In this document: piece by piece, positions 15,949 through 26,756 of the stretch | Layout of the letters: each line of letters starts with the position of its first letter | Position numbering within the stretch: the first letter of the stretch is position 1 | From: a virus | Reading direction: 5' to 3' (one strand) | Virus record (IMG/VR): IMGVR_UViG_3300045988_061090 | DNA: 44,782 nucleotides | Notes under the pieces: generated by a model | What the model saw: only the letters and a program-made list of their open reading frames with translations | Database searches by the model: none | Told to the model about the DNA's origin: nothing | Made by a program: the position numbers and the translations under genes

Positions 15949-18948
15949 GTGGCACAAGCGGATGGCTCTATTATTATTGATACACGAATTGATACAGATG
16001 GAGTGTCAAATGGAACAAAAAATATAAAATCACAAATGCAAGGGCTGTCTGGCACTGTAAAAAAAATAGGCGGCATAATAGCTACTGCTTTTGCAGTTGG
16101 AAAAATTGTAGAGTTTGGAAAAGAATGCCTAGAGTTGGGTTCTGACTTACAAGAAGTACAAAATGTTGTGGACGTGACGTTCACCAGTATGTCTGACAAA
16201 GTAGATACATTTGCTAAGGATGCGGCAAAATCGTTTGGACTGTCAGAGACGATGGCAAAGCGATATGTAGGTACTTTTGGAGCCATGGCAAAAAGCTTTG
16301 GATTTACGGAACAAGAAGCTTATTCCATGTCTACCGCATTGACAGGATTAGCCGGGGATGTTGCATCTTTTTATAACCTGAGCCAAGAAGAAGCATATTA
16401 TAAGCTTAAATCTGTATTTACTGGCGAAACTGAGACATTAAAAGATTTAGGTGTCGTAATGACTCAGGCTGCTCTAGATCAATATGCATTAGCAAACGGA
16501 TACGGAAAGACTACGCAGGCTATGACAGAACAAGAAAAAGTTGCTCTTAGATTTGCATTTGTACAAGAACAGCTTTCGGCGGCTTCTGGGGACTTTATTA
16601 GGACCAGTGATTCTTGGGCCAATCAGATGCGTGTGATGCAGCTCCAACTCCAATCTATCAAGGCTAGCATTGGACAAGGATTTATTAATCTTTTTACCCC
16701 AATTATAAAATCAATTAACGTTTTTCTGGAAAAGATCGCAACAGCGGCAAATGCATTTAAATCTTTAACGGAATTACTGACAGGAAAGAAAGCCACTGAA
16801 TCAAAGCCTATACAATCCGCAACAAATGATTTATCCGGTTTGGAAGACGAATATAATAGCGTCTCTAATGCATCTAACAATATGGCATCAAACACGGAGG
16901 ATTCCGCAAACGCAACAGCAGATCAGGCGGAAGTTATGCAAGAAGCGACAGAAGCCGCCAAGAATTATCTATCTCCGTTAGATGATATCAATAGGATGAG
17001 TAAGGAAACTGTGAGCCAGGAAACAGGGGCAACTCCAAGCGGAGGGAATGGAGCAGGCGGCAATGGCGGAATTATCGGAGCAGGTGTTGACTTTGGAGAA
17101 GCGGCAAAGGGTGAAACCGTATTAGATGAAACAAATAGTTTAATAGATGAAATTATTACAAAAGTAAAAGAGCTTGGAAAATTATTTGAAAAAGGGTTCT
17201 GGGAAGGGATTGGAGATTATAAGCCGATTTTAAGTGAACTCAAGAAAGACTTATCTTCTATTGGAGCATCTTTAAAGGATATTTTTACGGATGCAGATGT
17301 CCAGGCAGCGGCCAGCCGTTTTATTGATTCTTTTGTTTACAATGTCGGTAAAATGTTAGGGGCCTTAACAAGTATTGGCTTAGCTATTGCCAGCAATGTT
17401 GTGGGAGGAATTGAGAGCTATTTATCAGAGAATGCAGAAAGAATAAAAAGTCATTTAGTATCTTTATTTGATATAGGTACTGAAATTTTAGACTTAGCTG
17501 GTGGGTTTGCGGCCGATTTTGCAGAGGTTTTTTCGGAGGTAATTAGTTCCCAAACTGCGCAAGATATAACCGGAAATATTATTGGGATTTTTGCAGAAAT
17601 TAGATTTGGGCTTTTAGAAATAACTGCAAAATTCAGAAGAGACATTTTAGAAGGAATCACAAGACCTTTCAGAGAAAATAAAGACGCCATCAAAAATTCA
17701 TTACTAGAAACACTTGAACCAATACGGACAGTTACTCAGTCTCTTGAAGAGTTGGTGCAGCGTGTATGGGATAAAGTCAATAGTGTCTACGACGGAAGTA
17801 TAAAACCCTTTATAGAATCTATTTCTAGCGGAATATCTGATATACTTGGCAAGCTTTTAGAAGGATACAATACTTACATTGTTCCAGTTCTTGATGGATT
17901 ATCTCAAAAATTATCTGAACTGTTAGAAGGACCTGTTGGGACTTTGATGGAATCTGTTTTAACATTGCTTGGGAAAATCTTTGAAATATTAATGGTAGTC
18001 TGGCAAGAAGCATTGATGCCTGTATTCTCTTGGATTGCCGAGAATGTTATGCCAATTTTAGCTCCTATTGTTAATATCATCGGTACTGTTTTTATTGAAG
18101 CAATAGGACTACTTATCACAGCCATTACGTCGGTTATTGATACGTTATCAGCACTTTTGGAATTTGTTAAAAATATTTTTACTGGAAATTTCAAGGAGGC
18201 TTTCGTAGGACTTTGGAATGACTTGCAACAGATATGGTATAATCTTGGTTCTTATTTTGCTGATGTATTTAGCAGGATGTATGAAAAGGCAAATGAAATA
18301 GTAAGTAAGCTGGTATCGTTTGTTACTGAAAAATTTAAAAGCCTTAAGTCGGAAGTCGGAAAGATATGGGACGGTATTAAATCAAAAGTTGTGAATATAT
18401 GGAATAGCATTTATAGTTTTATTTCTAATAAAGTAGAACGAATAAAAGATGCAATCGTTGATAAGTTTAATGAAGCGAAAAATACTGTTGAAAATATATT
18501 TAATGGAATTGCTGATACTATTCGATCAATTATAAACAATGCTATAGATATTGCTAATGGCGCTATTGGACTTATCAATGATGCAATATCAGGCGTTGAA
18601 AGTGCTTTTACGTTTGGCCCGTGGGATGTACCTACACCGTTCGGAGATGTGACGATCGGCTATGAAGCATCGTTCCCAAGAGTTCCGACTATTCCTTATC
18701 TTGCATCTGGCGCAGTAATCCCGCCGAACAAAGAGTTTATGGCTGTACTTGGAGATCAGAAGCATGGAAATAACATTGAAGCCCCTGAAAGTTTAATCAG
18801 GCGTATCGTCCGAGAAGAAGCTGCCGGCGGCGGAAATAAGTATGAGGTAGCTTTAAAAGTAGGAAGACGTGAACTTGCAAAATTGGTAATTGATGAAGCA
18901 AAGTTGATGAGACAACAAACAGGGAAAAACCCTTTTGAATTGGCATAG
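15949..18948 (+). CDS. Tape measure protein
   Basis: 999 aa, helical and repetitive, with a G-rich insert (GGNGAGGNGGIIGAG). Its position is canonical. Confidence 0.85.
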   Translation: MAQADGSIIIDTRIDTDGVSNGTKNIKSQMQGLSGTVKKIGGIIATAFAVGKIVEFGKECLELGSDLQEVQNVVDVTFTSMSDKVDTFAKDAAKSFGLSETMAKRYVGTFGAMAKSFGFTEQEAYSMSTALTGLAGDVASFYNLSQEEAYYKLKSVFTGETETLKDLGVVMTQAALDQYALANGYGKTTQAMTEQEKVALRFAFVQEQLSAASGDFIRTSDSWANQMRVMQLQLQSIKASIGQGFINLFTPIIKSINVFLEKIATAANAFKSLTELLTGKKATESKPIQSATNDLSGLEDEYNSVSNASNNMASNTEDSANATADQAEVMQEATEAAKNYLSPLDDINRMSKETVSQETGATPSGGNGAGGNGGIIGAGVDFGEAAKGETVLDETNSLIDEIITKVKELGKLFEKGFWEGIGDYKPILSELKKDLSSIGASLKDIFTDADVQAAASRFIDSFVYNVGKMLGALTSIGLAIASNVVGGIESYLSENAERIKSHLVSLFDIGTEILDLAGGFAADFAEVFSEVISSQTAQDITGNIIGIFAEIRFGLLEITAKFRRDILEGITRPFRENKDAIKNSLLETLEPIRTVTQSLEELVQRVWDKVNSVYDGSIKPFIESISSGISDILGKLLEGYNTYIVPVLDGLSQKLSELLEGPVGTLMESVLTLLGKIFEILMVVWQEALMPVFSWIAENVMPILAPIVNIIGTVFIEAIGLLITAITSVIDTLSALLEFVKNIFTGNFKEAFVGLWNDLQQIWYNLGSYFADVFSRMYEKANEIVSKLVSFVTEKFKSLKSEVGKIWDGIKSKVVNIWNSIYSFISNKVERIKDAIVDKFNEAKNTVENIFNGIADTIRSIINNAIDIANGAIGLINDAISGVESAFTFGPWDVPTPFGDVTIGYEASFPRVPTIPYLASGAVIPPNKEFMAVLGDQKHGNNIEAPESLIRRIVREEAAGGGNKYEVALKVGRRELAKLVIDEAKLMRQQTGKNPFELA

Positions 18949-18957
18949 GAGGTAATT

Positions 18958-19350
18958 ATGGCACAACAATATTTAATGTTTAATGATTATACAGCCCCTA
19001 TGGTTGATGAGGACGGGTATCAAGTGGCTGAAGCCGTTACATCTGCATCGAACAGAGGTAGGACCATGAGGGGAGACATGAAGGGCGGTGTCCTGTTTAC
19101 GGTAGAGGCGTACAATCTAAAGTGGACTAATATTTCTGCCAAAGACGTAGCAGAGATTAAAAAAAGAATACTAGGAAGACAGCAATTTGATTTTTATCAT
19201 TTTAACTCCTATACAGCACAATGGGAGACAAAGCCGTTTATAGCTAATAATATATCCTCTTCTTATTATTCTCTGGTGGATGGTCACGAAATGGCGGATG
19301 AATTAAGCTTCCAGGTAACAAGTGTAGAACCATTAGATACAGAGGACTAA
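18958..19350 (+). CDS. Small distal tail protein (Dit-like)
   Basis: 130 aa immediately after the tape measure gene. Confidence 0.5.
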   Translation: MAQQYLMFNDYTAPMVDEDGYQVAEAVTSASNRGRTMRGDMKGGVLFTVEAYNLKWTNISAKDVAEIKKRILGRQQFDFYHFNSYTAQWETKPFIANNISSSYYSLVDGHEMADELSFQVTSVEPLDTED

Positions 19351-19354
19351 GTAA

Positions 19355-22300
19355 ATGAAGAACGTAAGCAATGCATTTAAGAAAGTAATAAAAGACGGCG
19401 GACCTTTCTATGCTTATGCAAAAGTAACCTTATCAAATGGTACGCAGTTAGAACTAAATTCTAAGGATGATTTCTATATTGAGGGAAATAATTACACAGA
19501 ATCCAGTGAAAGTGGCTTTCCATTGGGAGTTGCTGTAGCTAAGACCATTGATATAGGAATTGACAATTCCGACGAAAGATTTTCGGGCTATGATTTTTAC
19601 TATGCTCGAATTGCATTTTATACCGAAGCTGATCTAGAAGACGGAAGGAAAGAGAGAATTTTAGAAGGGACCTTTACAGTTGTGGATTCCGTTGCACCAG
19701 GAGATACCATTGAATTTACCGCGTCCAATGATATGTACAAAGCGGATATCACCTATGTACCCAAAGCGTCTTTTCCGACAACAGCATTGATATTTTTAAA
19801 AGATGTATGTACTCAGTGTGGCATGCGTTTGGGAGATGCGTCGTTTGTCAACGATGATTTTGAGATACGGCAAAAACCAGATGGTTTGACCTGTAGACAA
19901 GCAATAGGATATGTGGCTCAGATCGCGGGTGGTAATGCTGTAGTAGATGCAAATAATAATTTACATATCAAATCTTACCAGTCTTTAGGGATTACAAATA
20001 CAGACCTGATAAGCGGCGGAACGTTTAAGCAGGAATTGAATAAAAAGATTAGTGGTGGAGTTTTTGGACAAGATACGGATTACCTGATAACTAGTGGAGA
20101 TTTTAACACTACTGATAATTACATTATGCTCACTGATTTTACGTCTGACCCTGATGTTGGAACAGATGATGTGACAATAACCGGACTTTCAACGGAAGTA
20201 GAATCAGAAGATGAAAATAATGATACATCCACGTTGATTTATGGTACAGATAATTATTGTCTGAAGATTGATAATCCGTTGATAAAGGGAAATGAAGAAG
20301 AAGCTTTAAGAATGATCGGTGATATCTTAATTGGACTATCTGTGCGACCATTTTCGGGAAGCTTTTTCCCTAACCCAACGATAGAATTTATGGACCCTGT
20401 TTATTTGGTAGACCGTAAAAATAACGTTTATAGGTCTTTTGTATCGTCTTTTACTTTTAATTATTTAGGAGATTGTAAAGTATCCAATGATACGGAAAGC
20501 CCAGAAAGAAATAAGGGTACTTATTATAGTAATGCAACGGAGGTGTACCGAAAAGCTAAAGAGGAAGTCCAAAAAAACAAAACCGAATGGGAAAAAGCCA
20601 TGGAAGAGTTGGCTAACCGGGTAAATAACTCATCGGGCTTGTATATGACAAAGGAAGAGCAAGAAGACGGCAGCAGCATTTACTATATGCACGATAAGCC
20701 GACCTTGGAAGAATCTATGATTGTCTGGAAAATGACCGCTGAGGCTATGGCAGTATCGACAGACGGAGGAAAAACCTGGAATGCCGGGCTAACGGTTGAC
20801 GGTACACTGATTACTAAGATCATGAACACGATTGGCCTTAACTTTGACTGGGGTGTTGGCGGAACACTGATTATCCAGACACCATCCGGCGAACAGACAT
20901 TGTATGTCAATGCAGAAACGGGTGAGGTACGTATTGTTGCCAACTCTTTCACCTTAAAAGGAAAATCCATTGAGGAAATTGTACAAGAAAACACAGAATC
21001 CTATGTGGATGCGGTATTGCCAGAGAAGGTTAAGGCAATGTCTACACAGTATTTTGGGGATTATATGCCAAATGCCAGCAACGAACCGGCTGTAAACTGG
21101 AAAACTGAAGAAGAAAAGAAAGCCCATCTTAATGATTTATTTTACTATTCAAGTGACTTTATGAAGGGAAAACTATACAGATGGATAGAATTTTCTGATT
21201 CAGGCGTATATTTATGGGAACCGTTTGAGGACAACGATATAGAAAAGGCAATGAGCGCGGCATCCACGGCCCAGGATACGGCAGATGGTAAAAGGAGAGT
21301 TTTCACAAGTACACCTTTTCCGCCTTATGATGTTGGAGATTTATGGGCACAAGGAACAGACGGCGATCTTATGCGTTGCAAGAAGGCAAAAGAATCCGGT
21401 GATTCTTACGCTTCCACAGATTGGGAAAAGGCAAGTAAGTATACGGATGATACGAAAGCTAATGAGGCATATGATTATGCTGTATCAAAATTTAATGTAA
21501 CGAACAATGCGATTATCGCAGAGGTAACACGCGCTAAGAATGCAGAAAGTGTATTATCATCCTCTATTGAAATTAACGCAAATGCAATAAAGCAAAAGGT
21601 TTCTGCTGGAGAAGTGGAGTCAATTATTGAACAGAATGCAGATTCTATTCGTTTACGAGCGGATAGAATTAGTTGGGACAGTACGTATTCTTCTATGACA
21701 TCAAGTGGAAAATTTACCTGTGAAGAAGCAACAATCAACGGTGCCTTTACATCGGAAGAGCTTTATGGAGGCAAAAGAAAAGGGATTACTATAGAAGAAG
21801 GTACAATAAGAGGATTTTACGGAAGCACTACAACGGGCTTACTTGATTTATCTGCAATGTACGATGATGGTGATAGACATGTGGCGCTTAAAGGATATGA
21901 CTATTTACACTTGCAAGCAGGAACGGAGATCCTCGTAGAAGATTATGTATCTTTTATAGATTCAGTATATTTTAATAATTCAGTAGAATTTACAAATTGG
22001 GTTTATTTTACCTCAGATGTAGAGTTTGAATATAAATCGCATTTTCGAAAGGCGCCGGAATTGTATAATTTAGACCATGTATCCAGTGGAGGACACATAG
22101 TGTTTGGTTCAGACGGTGTAACTTTAGCATATTTAGCATCTTCATCGAAGCGTTATAAAAATCATGTAAAAGATATGACTGATCGGGACGCTGAGAAACT
22201 TTTAGATATTCATGTCGTATGGTTTAAGTATAAAGATGGATATTTAAGTCAGACAGATCATATGTGCGGTAAAGAAATTCCTGGGTTTTATGCAGAGGAA

Positions 22301-22474
22301 TTGAACGACGTTATTCCAGATGTTGTGCAATATGATAAAAACGGGAAGCCAGAAGATTGGAATTATAGAGCTATGATACCTTATATGGTACAGCTTTTAA
22401 AAAAGCAGAATGAAGAAATAAAAGAATTAAAAAATGAAGTAAATAAACTCAAAGGAATGATAAGGAGTGATTAG
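19355..22474 (+). CDS. Tail-associated protein (Tal-like) with C-terminal peptidase S74 intramolecular chaperone domain
   Basis: 1039 aa. The C-terminus ..LASSSKRYKNHVKDM...VWFKYKD...EIKELKNEVNKLK matches the self-cleaving chaperone signature. Confidence 0.75.
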   Translation: MKNVSNAFKKVIKDGGPFYAYAKVTLSNGTQLELNSKDDFYIEGNNYTESSESGFPLGVAVAKTIDIGIDNSDERFSGYDFYYARIAFYTEADLEDGRKERILEGTFTVVDSVAPGDTIEFTASNDMYKADITYVPKASFPTTALIFLKDVCTQCGMRLGDASFVNDDFEIRQKPDGLTCRQAIGYVAQIAGGNAVVDANNNLHIKSYQSLGITNTDLISGGTFKQELNKKISGGVFGQDTDYLITSGDFNTTDNYIMLTDFTSDPDVGTDDVTITGLSTEVESEDENNDTSTLIYGTDNYCLKIDNPLIKGNEEEALRMIGDILIGLSVRPFSGSFFPNPTIEFMDPVYLVDRKNNVYRSFVSSFTFNYLGDCKVSNDTESPERNKGTYYSNATEVYRKAKEEVQKNKTEWEKAMEELANRVNNSSGLYMTKEEQEDGSSIYYMHDKPTLEESMIVWKMTAEAMAVSTDGGKTWNAGLTVDGTLITKIMNTIGLNFDWGVGGTLIIQTPSGEQTLYVNAETGEVRIVANSFTLKGKSIEEIVQENTESYVDAVLPEKVKAMSTQYFGDYMPNASNEPAVNWKTEEEKKAHLNDLFYYSSDFMKGKLYRWIEFSDSGVYLWEPFEDNDIEKAMSAASTAQDTADGKRRVFTSTPFPPYDVGDLWAQGTDGDLMRCKKAKESGDSYASTDWEKASKYTDDTKANEAYDYAVSKFNVTNNAIIAEVTRAKNAESVLSSSIEINANAIKQKVSAGEVESIIEQNADSIRLRADRISWDSTYSSMTSSGKFTCEEATINGAFTSEELYGGKRKGITIEEGTIRGFYGSTTTGLLDLSAMYDDGDRHVALKGYDYLHLQAGTEILVEDYVSFIDSVYFNNSVEFTNWVYFTSDVEFEYKSHFRKAPELYNLDHVSSGGHIVFGSDGVTLAYLASSSKRYKNHVKDMTDRDAEKLLDIHVVWFKYKDGYLSQTDHMCGKEIPGFYAEELNDVIPDVVQYDKNGKPEDWNYRAMIPYMVQLLKKQNEEIKELKNEVNKLKGMIRSD

Positions 22475-22915
22475 ATGCCAACTTTACAATTTGTTTTAAA
22501 GGGCCAATATATCACCCGGATAGATAGCCTGGCCCCAGTAGCAAAATCTCGGAATTATTTTTATGCACATTTTGATTTTCAGACACCGGAGTGGACAGGC
22601 ATTAAAACAGCATTGTTTACTCAAGGCAAGCAGACCAAAGCGGCAGTCCTAGACGATAACGACGAATGCTTAATCCCGTGGGAATTTTGGGACACAGACC
22701 GGGAATGTGTGGGAAGCGTATCTGTATTTTGTGGAGATTTACGGACCGCGAATGAGGCTTATGTCAGGATTTTTAAATCAGGATACCAAGACAGCGATGC
22801 CTCAGTTCCGCCGTCCTCGAGTGTCTATGAACAGATATTGCAAAAGTTAGAAGATTTGTCCAGAAAACAGATCAAGACAATAAGCGGTGGTGCATTTACA
22901 GACTGGAAGGAGTGA
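22475..22915 (+). CDS. Hypothetical tail/baseplate accessory protein
   Basis: 146-aa ORF whose start is coupled (TAGATG) to the Tal stop. Confidence 0.5.
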   Translation: MPTLQFVLKGQYITRIDSLAPVAKSRNYFYAHFDFQTPEWTGIKTALFTQGKQTKAAVLDDNDECLIPWEFWDTDRECVGSVSVFCGDLRTANEAYVRIFKSGYQDSDASVPPSSSVYEQILQKLEDLSRKQIKTISGGAFTDWKE

Positions 22916-22919
22916 GAAA

Positions 22920-25900
22920 ATGGCAATAAAAAGTAATGCTCTGGCGGAAAACAAAGCTGCGATGATAGCAGAAGACGGCGGGACCATATACGCCACCTTG
23001 CAGATGCGGCATGGCAAAGAATCCGAAATGGATAAAAGTAAGTTTGTCCCGGCAGAGATAGGGGTAGTGACGGACACAAAAAGGGCAGTTGTAGCGTTTG
23101 CACCGGGAGACACAAAGGACGTTGCATTTAAAGAAGATATCCCAGAACAGGACAAGAATTATAACAACCTAGAAAATAAACCGTCAATCGGTGGTACAGA
23201 ATTATCCGGCAATAAAACCCTTGAAGAACTGGGAATCCAGCCGAAAGGAAACTATCTAACAGCAATCCCGGAAGAATATGTCACAGACACAGAGCTGACA
23301 GAAAAATTAGAATCCTATCCAACAAAAGAAGAGCAGACTGCAGAACTAGGCAAGAAATTGGACAAAGATCAAGGGAAAGAGAATGCCGGAAAAGTCCTGG
23401 TTGTTGGAGAAGACGGGACAGCAAAGCCGGGGGAAACTCCCATCAAAGTGGACGCTACCTTGAGCCAGACGGGACAAGCTGCGGATGCGGAGAAGGTTGG
23501 GGCAAGGCTGCATGAGATTGATTCTACGAAATTTCAGGGGCCAGTTAAGACAATCAGTGGTGAAATTCTGAAAATTGAGAATGCAGCAGAACAGCCGCCG
23601 GCAGGACTGAGAGTATATGGCAAAGCAAAGCAGAATACAACAACGGGAGCACAGCTACTCAATGCACCAGATAAAACTAATAAAATATATGGGGTAACGA
23701 TGGATGTTTCTGGAGGAGTAGCTTCTTTTAGTGGTACGTTGTCATCAAACAATGCAACATTCTGGTTTATTGGAAGTTATAATGGAACGGATGTAGTGAT
23801 GACTTTGCCGGCCGGCAAATACTATATACAGAACTGTTCCATACAAACGCTGGGAAACAGTGCATTAAAAACAGGTGCGATAACCAGTGAGACAGAAATA
23901 CAGATAACAGGTGTTGCGTATACTTACACGGAATCTTCACCAAAAACGATATATCCTATGATTAATGCTGGCTCTTCACCTCTTCCCTGGGAACCCTATA
24001 CCGGTGGCCAGCCCAGTCCTAACCCTGATTATCCACAGGAGATTGAGATTCCTGGGAATGATGGAGAAATTAAAGTGGAACTGAAAGCGGCGAATCTGAT
24101 GCAGATCACTGAGGCCGTAGAAAAAACGCAATATGGTGTGACGTTCAAGCAAAACGCGGACGGTTCTGTTACAATTAATGGACAAAATACAGGAGAAGCC
24201 AGATCTGTTTATAATCTAATTACGAATGATGCTTTATTGGCAAAACAGTTTGTCAAAATCGGAACATTATGTTTGAGTGGGAACAAGGCGGGAACAAACG
24301 TAACATTACAATGTTGGAATTATGACGGAAATAACAGTGCGGCGAAAGATAATGGGGAAGGAGTTTCTTTTGTTTTTACTAATGTTACAGCTCCTTATAA
24401 TATTGCACTTGTTGTTCCGACAAATGAAATAGTAGATAATGTGACTATAAATCCGATGCTTAATGCAGGCACCACGGCCCTCCCTTGGGCGCCTTATAAG
24501 GACCAATCCCTCACCCTCTCCACTCCAAATGGTTTACCTGGAATCCCGGTAAAATCCGGCGGTAATTATACGGATGAGGATGGACAACAGTGGGTGTGCG
24601 ATGAGATTGATTTTGTGAGAGGGAAATATATTCAGAGAATAGGAAAGACAAATTTTGTTGAGACGAGTTGGATTAGAAATAATTCCGGCCAATATTATAC
24701 AAACAAAGATTCTGATAAGTATAAAATAGATAGCTTAGTGATATGCTCGCATATGTTGGGAAAAGACACGGGAGCATCAAAAAATACGATGTTTGTAAAT
24801 AACAACGGGAACATCAGGCTAAACTATAAAAACACGACAGATACCATTGAATATATTGCGGATATCATGAACGACGCAGTCATGTATGGAATTCTTGCCG
24901 AACCTATAGAAACCGATCTTTCCCCAGAAGAAATCGCAGCTTACCGGGCATTAAAATTGAATAATCCTGTAACAAACGTCTTTACAGCGGAATCTCTCAT
25001 GCCTGGAATAGAGGTTGATTATGTCCCTGAGACAGAACAATACATAGAAAAGTCCATCAATGAAAATACCCAGAAAGCCCCGGCGATTGTGGAGAAGGCA
25101 AGTGGAGAAATGCTGAATGTTACGGATAGCTCTGATCTGGGACTAAAAGGGCTGAAGGTGTTTGGAAAGGGTGAACAAGCGAAGACAACTGGGGCGCAGT
25201 TATTTCAACCAAAAAAAGAAAACTTAACAACTAATGATGGTTTGACGGGTGTGATAAATTCTGATGGAAGTGTCACTGTGACAGGGACACCTACCAAACG
25301 ATATGCACAAGCCTATTTTGAAAATGTTTCAAGTTTCCCAGAAGGCAAATATTTCATATCAGGAGGAAGCCATGAAGTCAGTACATTAACCTTTCAGGTG
25401 GATATAACACGGCAGGATGATACTATAGAATATTTAAGAAACACTGCAATGGAATTTAAAGCGGATGATAAATCAAGAAGAGTTATGATTAAATATGATT
25501 CACCAGATTTACAGAAAACAAATTATACCATATATCCGATGCTTAACGTGGGCGAAACACAAGCTCCGTATGAACCTTACACCGGCAATCAACCTAGTCC
25601 GAATCCTGATTATCCGCAGGAGATTAAGATTCCTGGGAGTGATGGGGAGATTGAGGTGAGTTTGATAGGGGTGAATCTATTTGATGCGAGCAAACTACCA
25701 ACTAAGTCGCAGGGCGGTGCAACTGTAACAAATAATGGTGATGGAAGTTTTACAATTAGTGGGAAAGGAACTCTTTCAAGCGAATTCAGGCAAGCGTATG
25801 ATTTAAACCATGAAGAAAGTGTTCGTTTATTAAAAAAAGGTTTCTTAAACTTGCGCGCTAATAAAACAGAACCTTATGTAAGCATTGTTATTTATTCTAA

Positions 25901-26756
25901 TGAATCCAAAAAGGAGTTAAATACGACTATCAAAGAAGAAACTAGATTGGAGATATTAGAAAATGAAATAAAAGATGAAGCGTTTCATGTTCAAATTCAA
26001 TTTTATGGAAGAATTGGAAGAGAAATCATATCAGGAATAGTAAAGCCTATGCTCTATCAAGATGGGGATGGCACCTGGGAACCTTACAAACACCAACCCC
26101 TTACTCTTTCTACTCCCAATGGTCTCCCCGGTATTCCCGTGGACTCCGGCGGAAATTACGCAGATGAAAGCGGCCAACAGTGGATGTGTGATGAGATAGA
26201 CCCGGAGCGAGGAAAATATATCCAAAGAGTTATTAAAAAAGGAAATCCTGTTTTTGCTAAGAATGGTGATTATGCCGTAGAAGGAAGCGAATTGTATTTT
26301 TGTAGTATTCCAGAAATTTCAGAAACAAAAGAAACGTCTCTTTCTGGTGCAGGGATATCTACACATATGCAGTATACAAGTACTGTTCTTAATAGAAATG
26401 AAACTGGTTTTTATATTGGTTATGGCGGAATCTGGGCGAGAATAAAGGATGTTGGAGACCTTGATGCTTTTAACAAAAAACTTCAAGATGCTGTGTTCTA
26501 CTTTACATATAAAGGTATACCTGAGACAGAAACTGATTTGTTGGAAAAACAACTGGAAGCTTATCGCACTCTTCACACCAATTACCCAACCACGAAAGTT
26601 TCCACAGATTCCACCCCGCAGGCAGGTTTAGAAATGGAATATGTAGCGGACACCAAGTCTTACATTGACAAAAAATTTAAAGAACTACAAAAAGCCCTAG
26701 TAAACACGAACACACAAGTATTAAACAAAGTTATGGAGGATATCAAACATGTATGA
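22920..26756 (+). CDS. Tail fibre / receptor-binding protein with Mtd_N/hyaluronidase-like N-terminus and a duplicated distal module
   Basis: ATG 22920 follows GGAAGGAG. The N-terminal motif is FVPAEIGVVTDTKRAVVAFAPGD. Two diverged ~520-aa modules lie at about 23553-25075 and 25098-26690. Confidence 0.8.
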   Translation: MAIKSNALAENKAAMIAEDGGTIYATLQMRHGKESEMDKSKFVPAEIGVVTDTKRAVVAFAPGDTKDVAFKEDIPEQDKNYNNLENKPSIGGTELSGNKTLEELGIQPKGNYLTAIPEEYVTDTELTEKLESYPTKEEQTAELGKKLDKDQGKENAGKVLVVGEDGTAKPGETPIKVDATLSQTGQAADAEKVGARLHEIDSTKFQGPVKTISGEILKIENAAEQPPAGLRVYGKAKQNTTTGAQLLNAPDKTNKIYGVTMDVSGGVASFSGTLSSNNATFWFIGSYNGTDVVMTLPAGKYYIQNCSIQTLGNSALKTGAITSETEIQITGVAYTYTESSPKTIYPMINAGSSPLPWEPYTGGQPSPNPDYPQEIEIPGNDGEIKVELKAANLMQITEAVEKTQYGVTFKQNADGSVTINGQNTGEARSVYNLITNDALLAKQFVKIGTLCLSGNKAGTNVTLQCWNYDGNNSAAKDNGEGVSFVFTNVTAPYNIALVVPTNEIVDNVTINPMLNAGTTALPWAPYKDQSLTLSTPNGLPGIPVKSGGNYTDEDGQQWVCDEIDFVRGKYIQRIGKTNFVETSWIRNNSGQYYTNKDSDKYKIDSLVICSHMLGKDTGASKNTMFVNNNGNIRLNYKNTTDTIEYIADIMNDAVMYGILAEPIETDLSPEEIAAYRALKLNNPVTNVFTAESLMPGIEVDYVPETEQYIEKSINENTQKAPAIVEKASGEMLNVTDSSDLGLKGLKVFGKGEQAKTTGAQLFQPKKENLTTNDGLTGVINSDGSVTVTGTPTKRYAQAYFENVSSFPEGKYFISGGSHEVSTLTFQVDITRQDDTIEYLRNTAMEFKADDKSRRVMIKYDSPDLQKTNYTIYPMLNVGETQAPYEPYTGNQPSPNPDYPQEIKIPGSDGEIEVSLIGVNLFDASKLPTKSQGGATVTNNGDGSFTISGKGTLSSEFRQAYDLNHEESVRLLKKGFLNLRANKTEPYVSIVIYSNESKKELNTTIKEETRLEILENEIKDEAFHVQIQFYGRIGREIISGIVKPMLYQDGDGTWEPYKHQPLTLSTPNGLPGIPVDSGGNYADESGQQWMCDEIDPERGKYIQRVIKKGNPVFAKNGDYAVEGSELYFCSIPEISETKETSLSGAGISTHMQYTSTVLNRNETGFYIGYGGIWARIKDVGDLDAFNKKLQDAVFYFTYKGIPETETDLLEKQLEAYRTLHTNYPTTKVSTDSTPQAGLEMEYVADTKSYIDKKFKELQKALVNTNTQVLNKVMEDIKHV

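Noticed and set aside
14846-22474. Apparent drop in GC content across the tail chaperone to Tal region, suggesting a mosaic junction
   Set aside because: This is only a visual impression. I cannot compute windowed GC here, so it is not reported as a finding.
22920-26756. Diversity-generating retroelement, suspected because of the Mtd_N-like N-terminus and the internal repeats of the fibre gene
   Set aside because: There is no reverse transcriptase gene anywhere in the genome. Differences between the two repeat modules affect all four bases rather than adenines only, and the repeats are kilobase-scale protein modules rather than a TR/VR pair.
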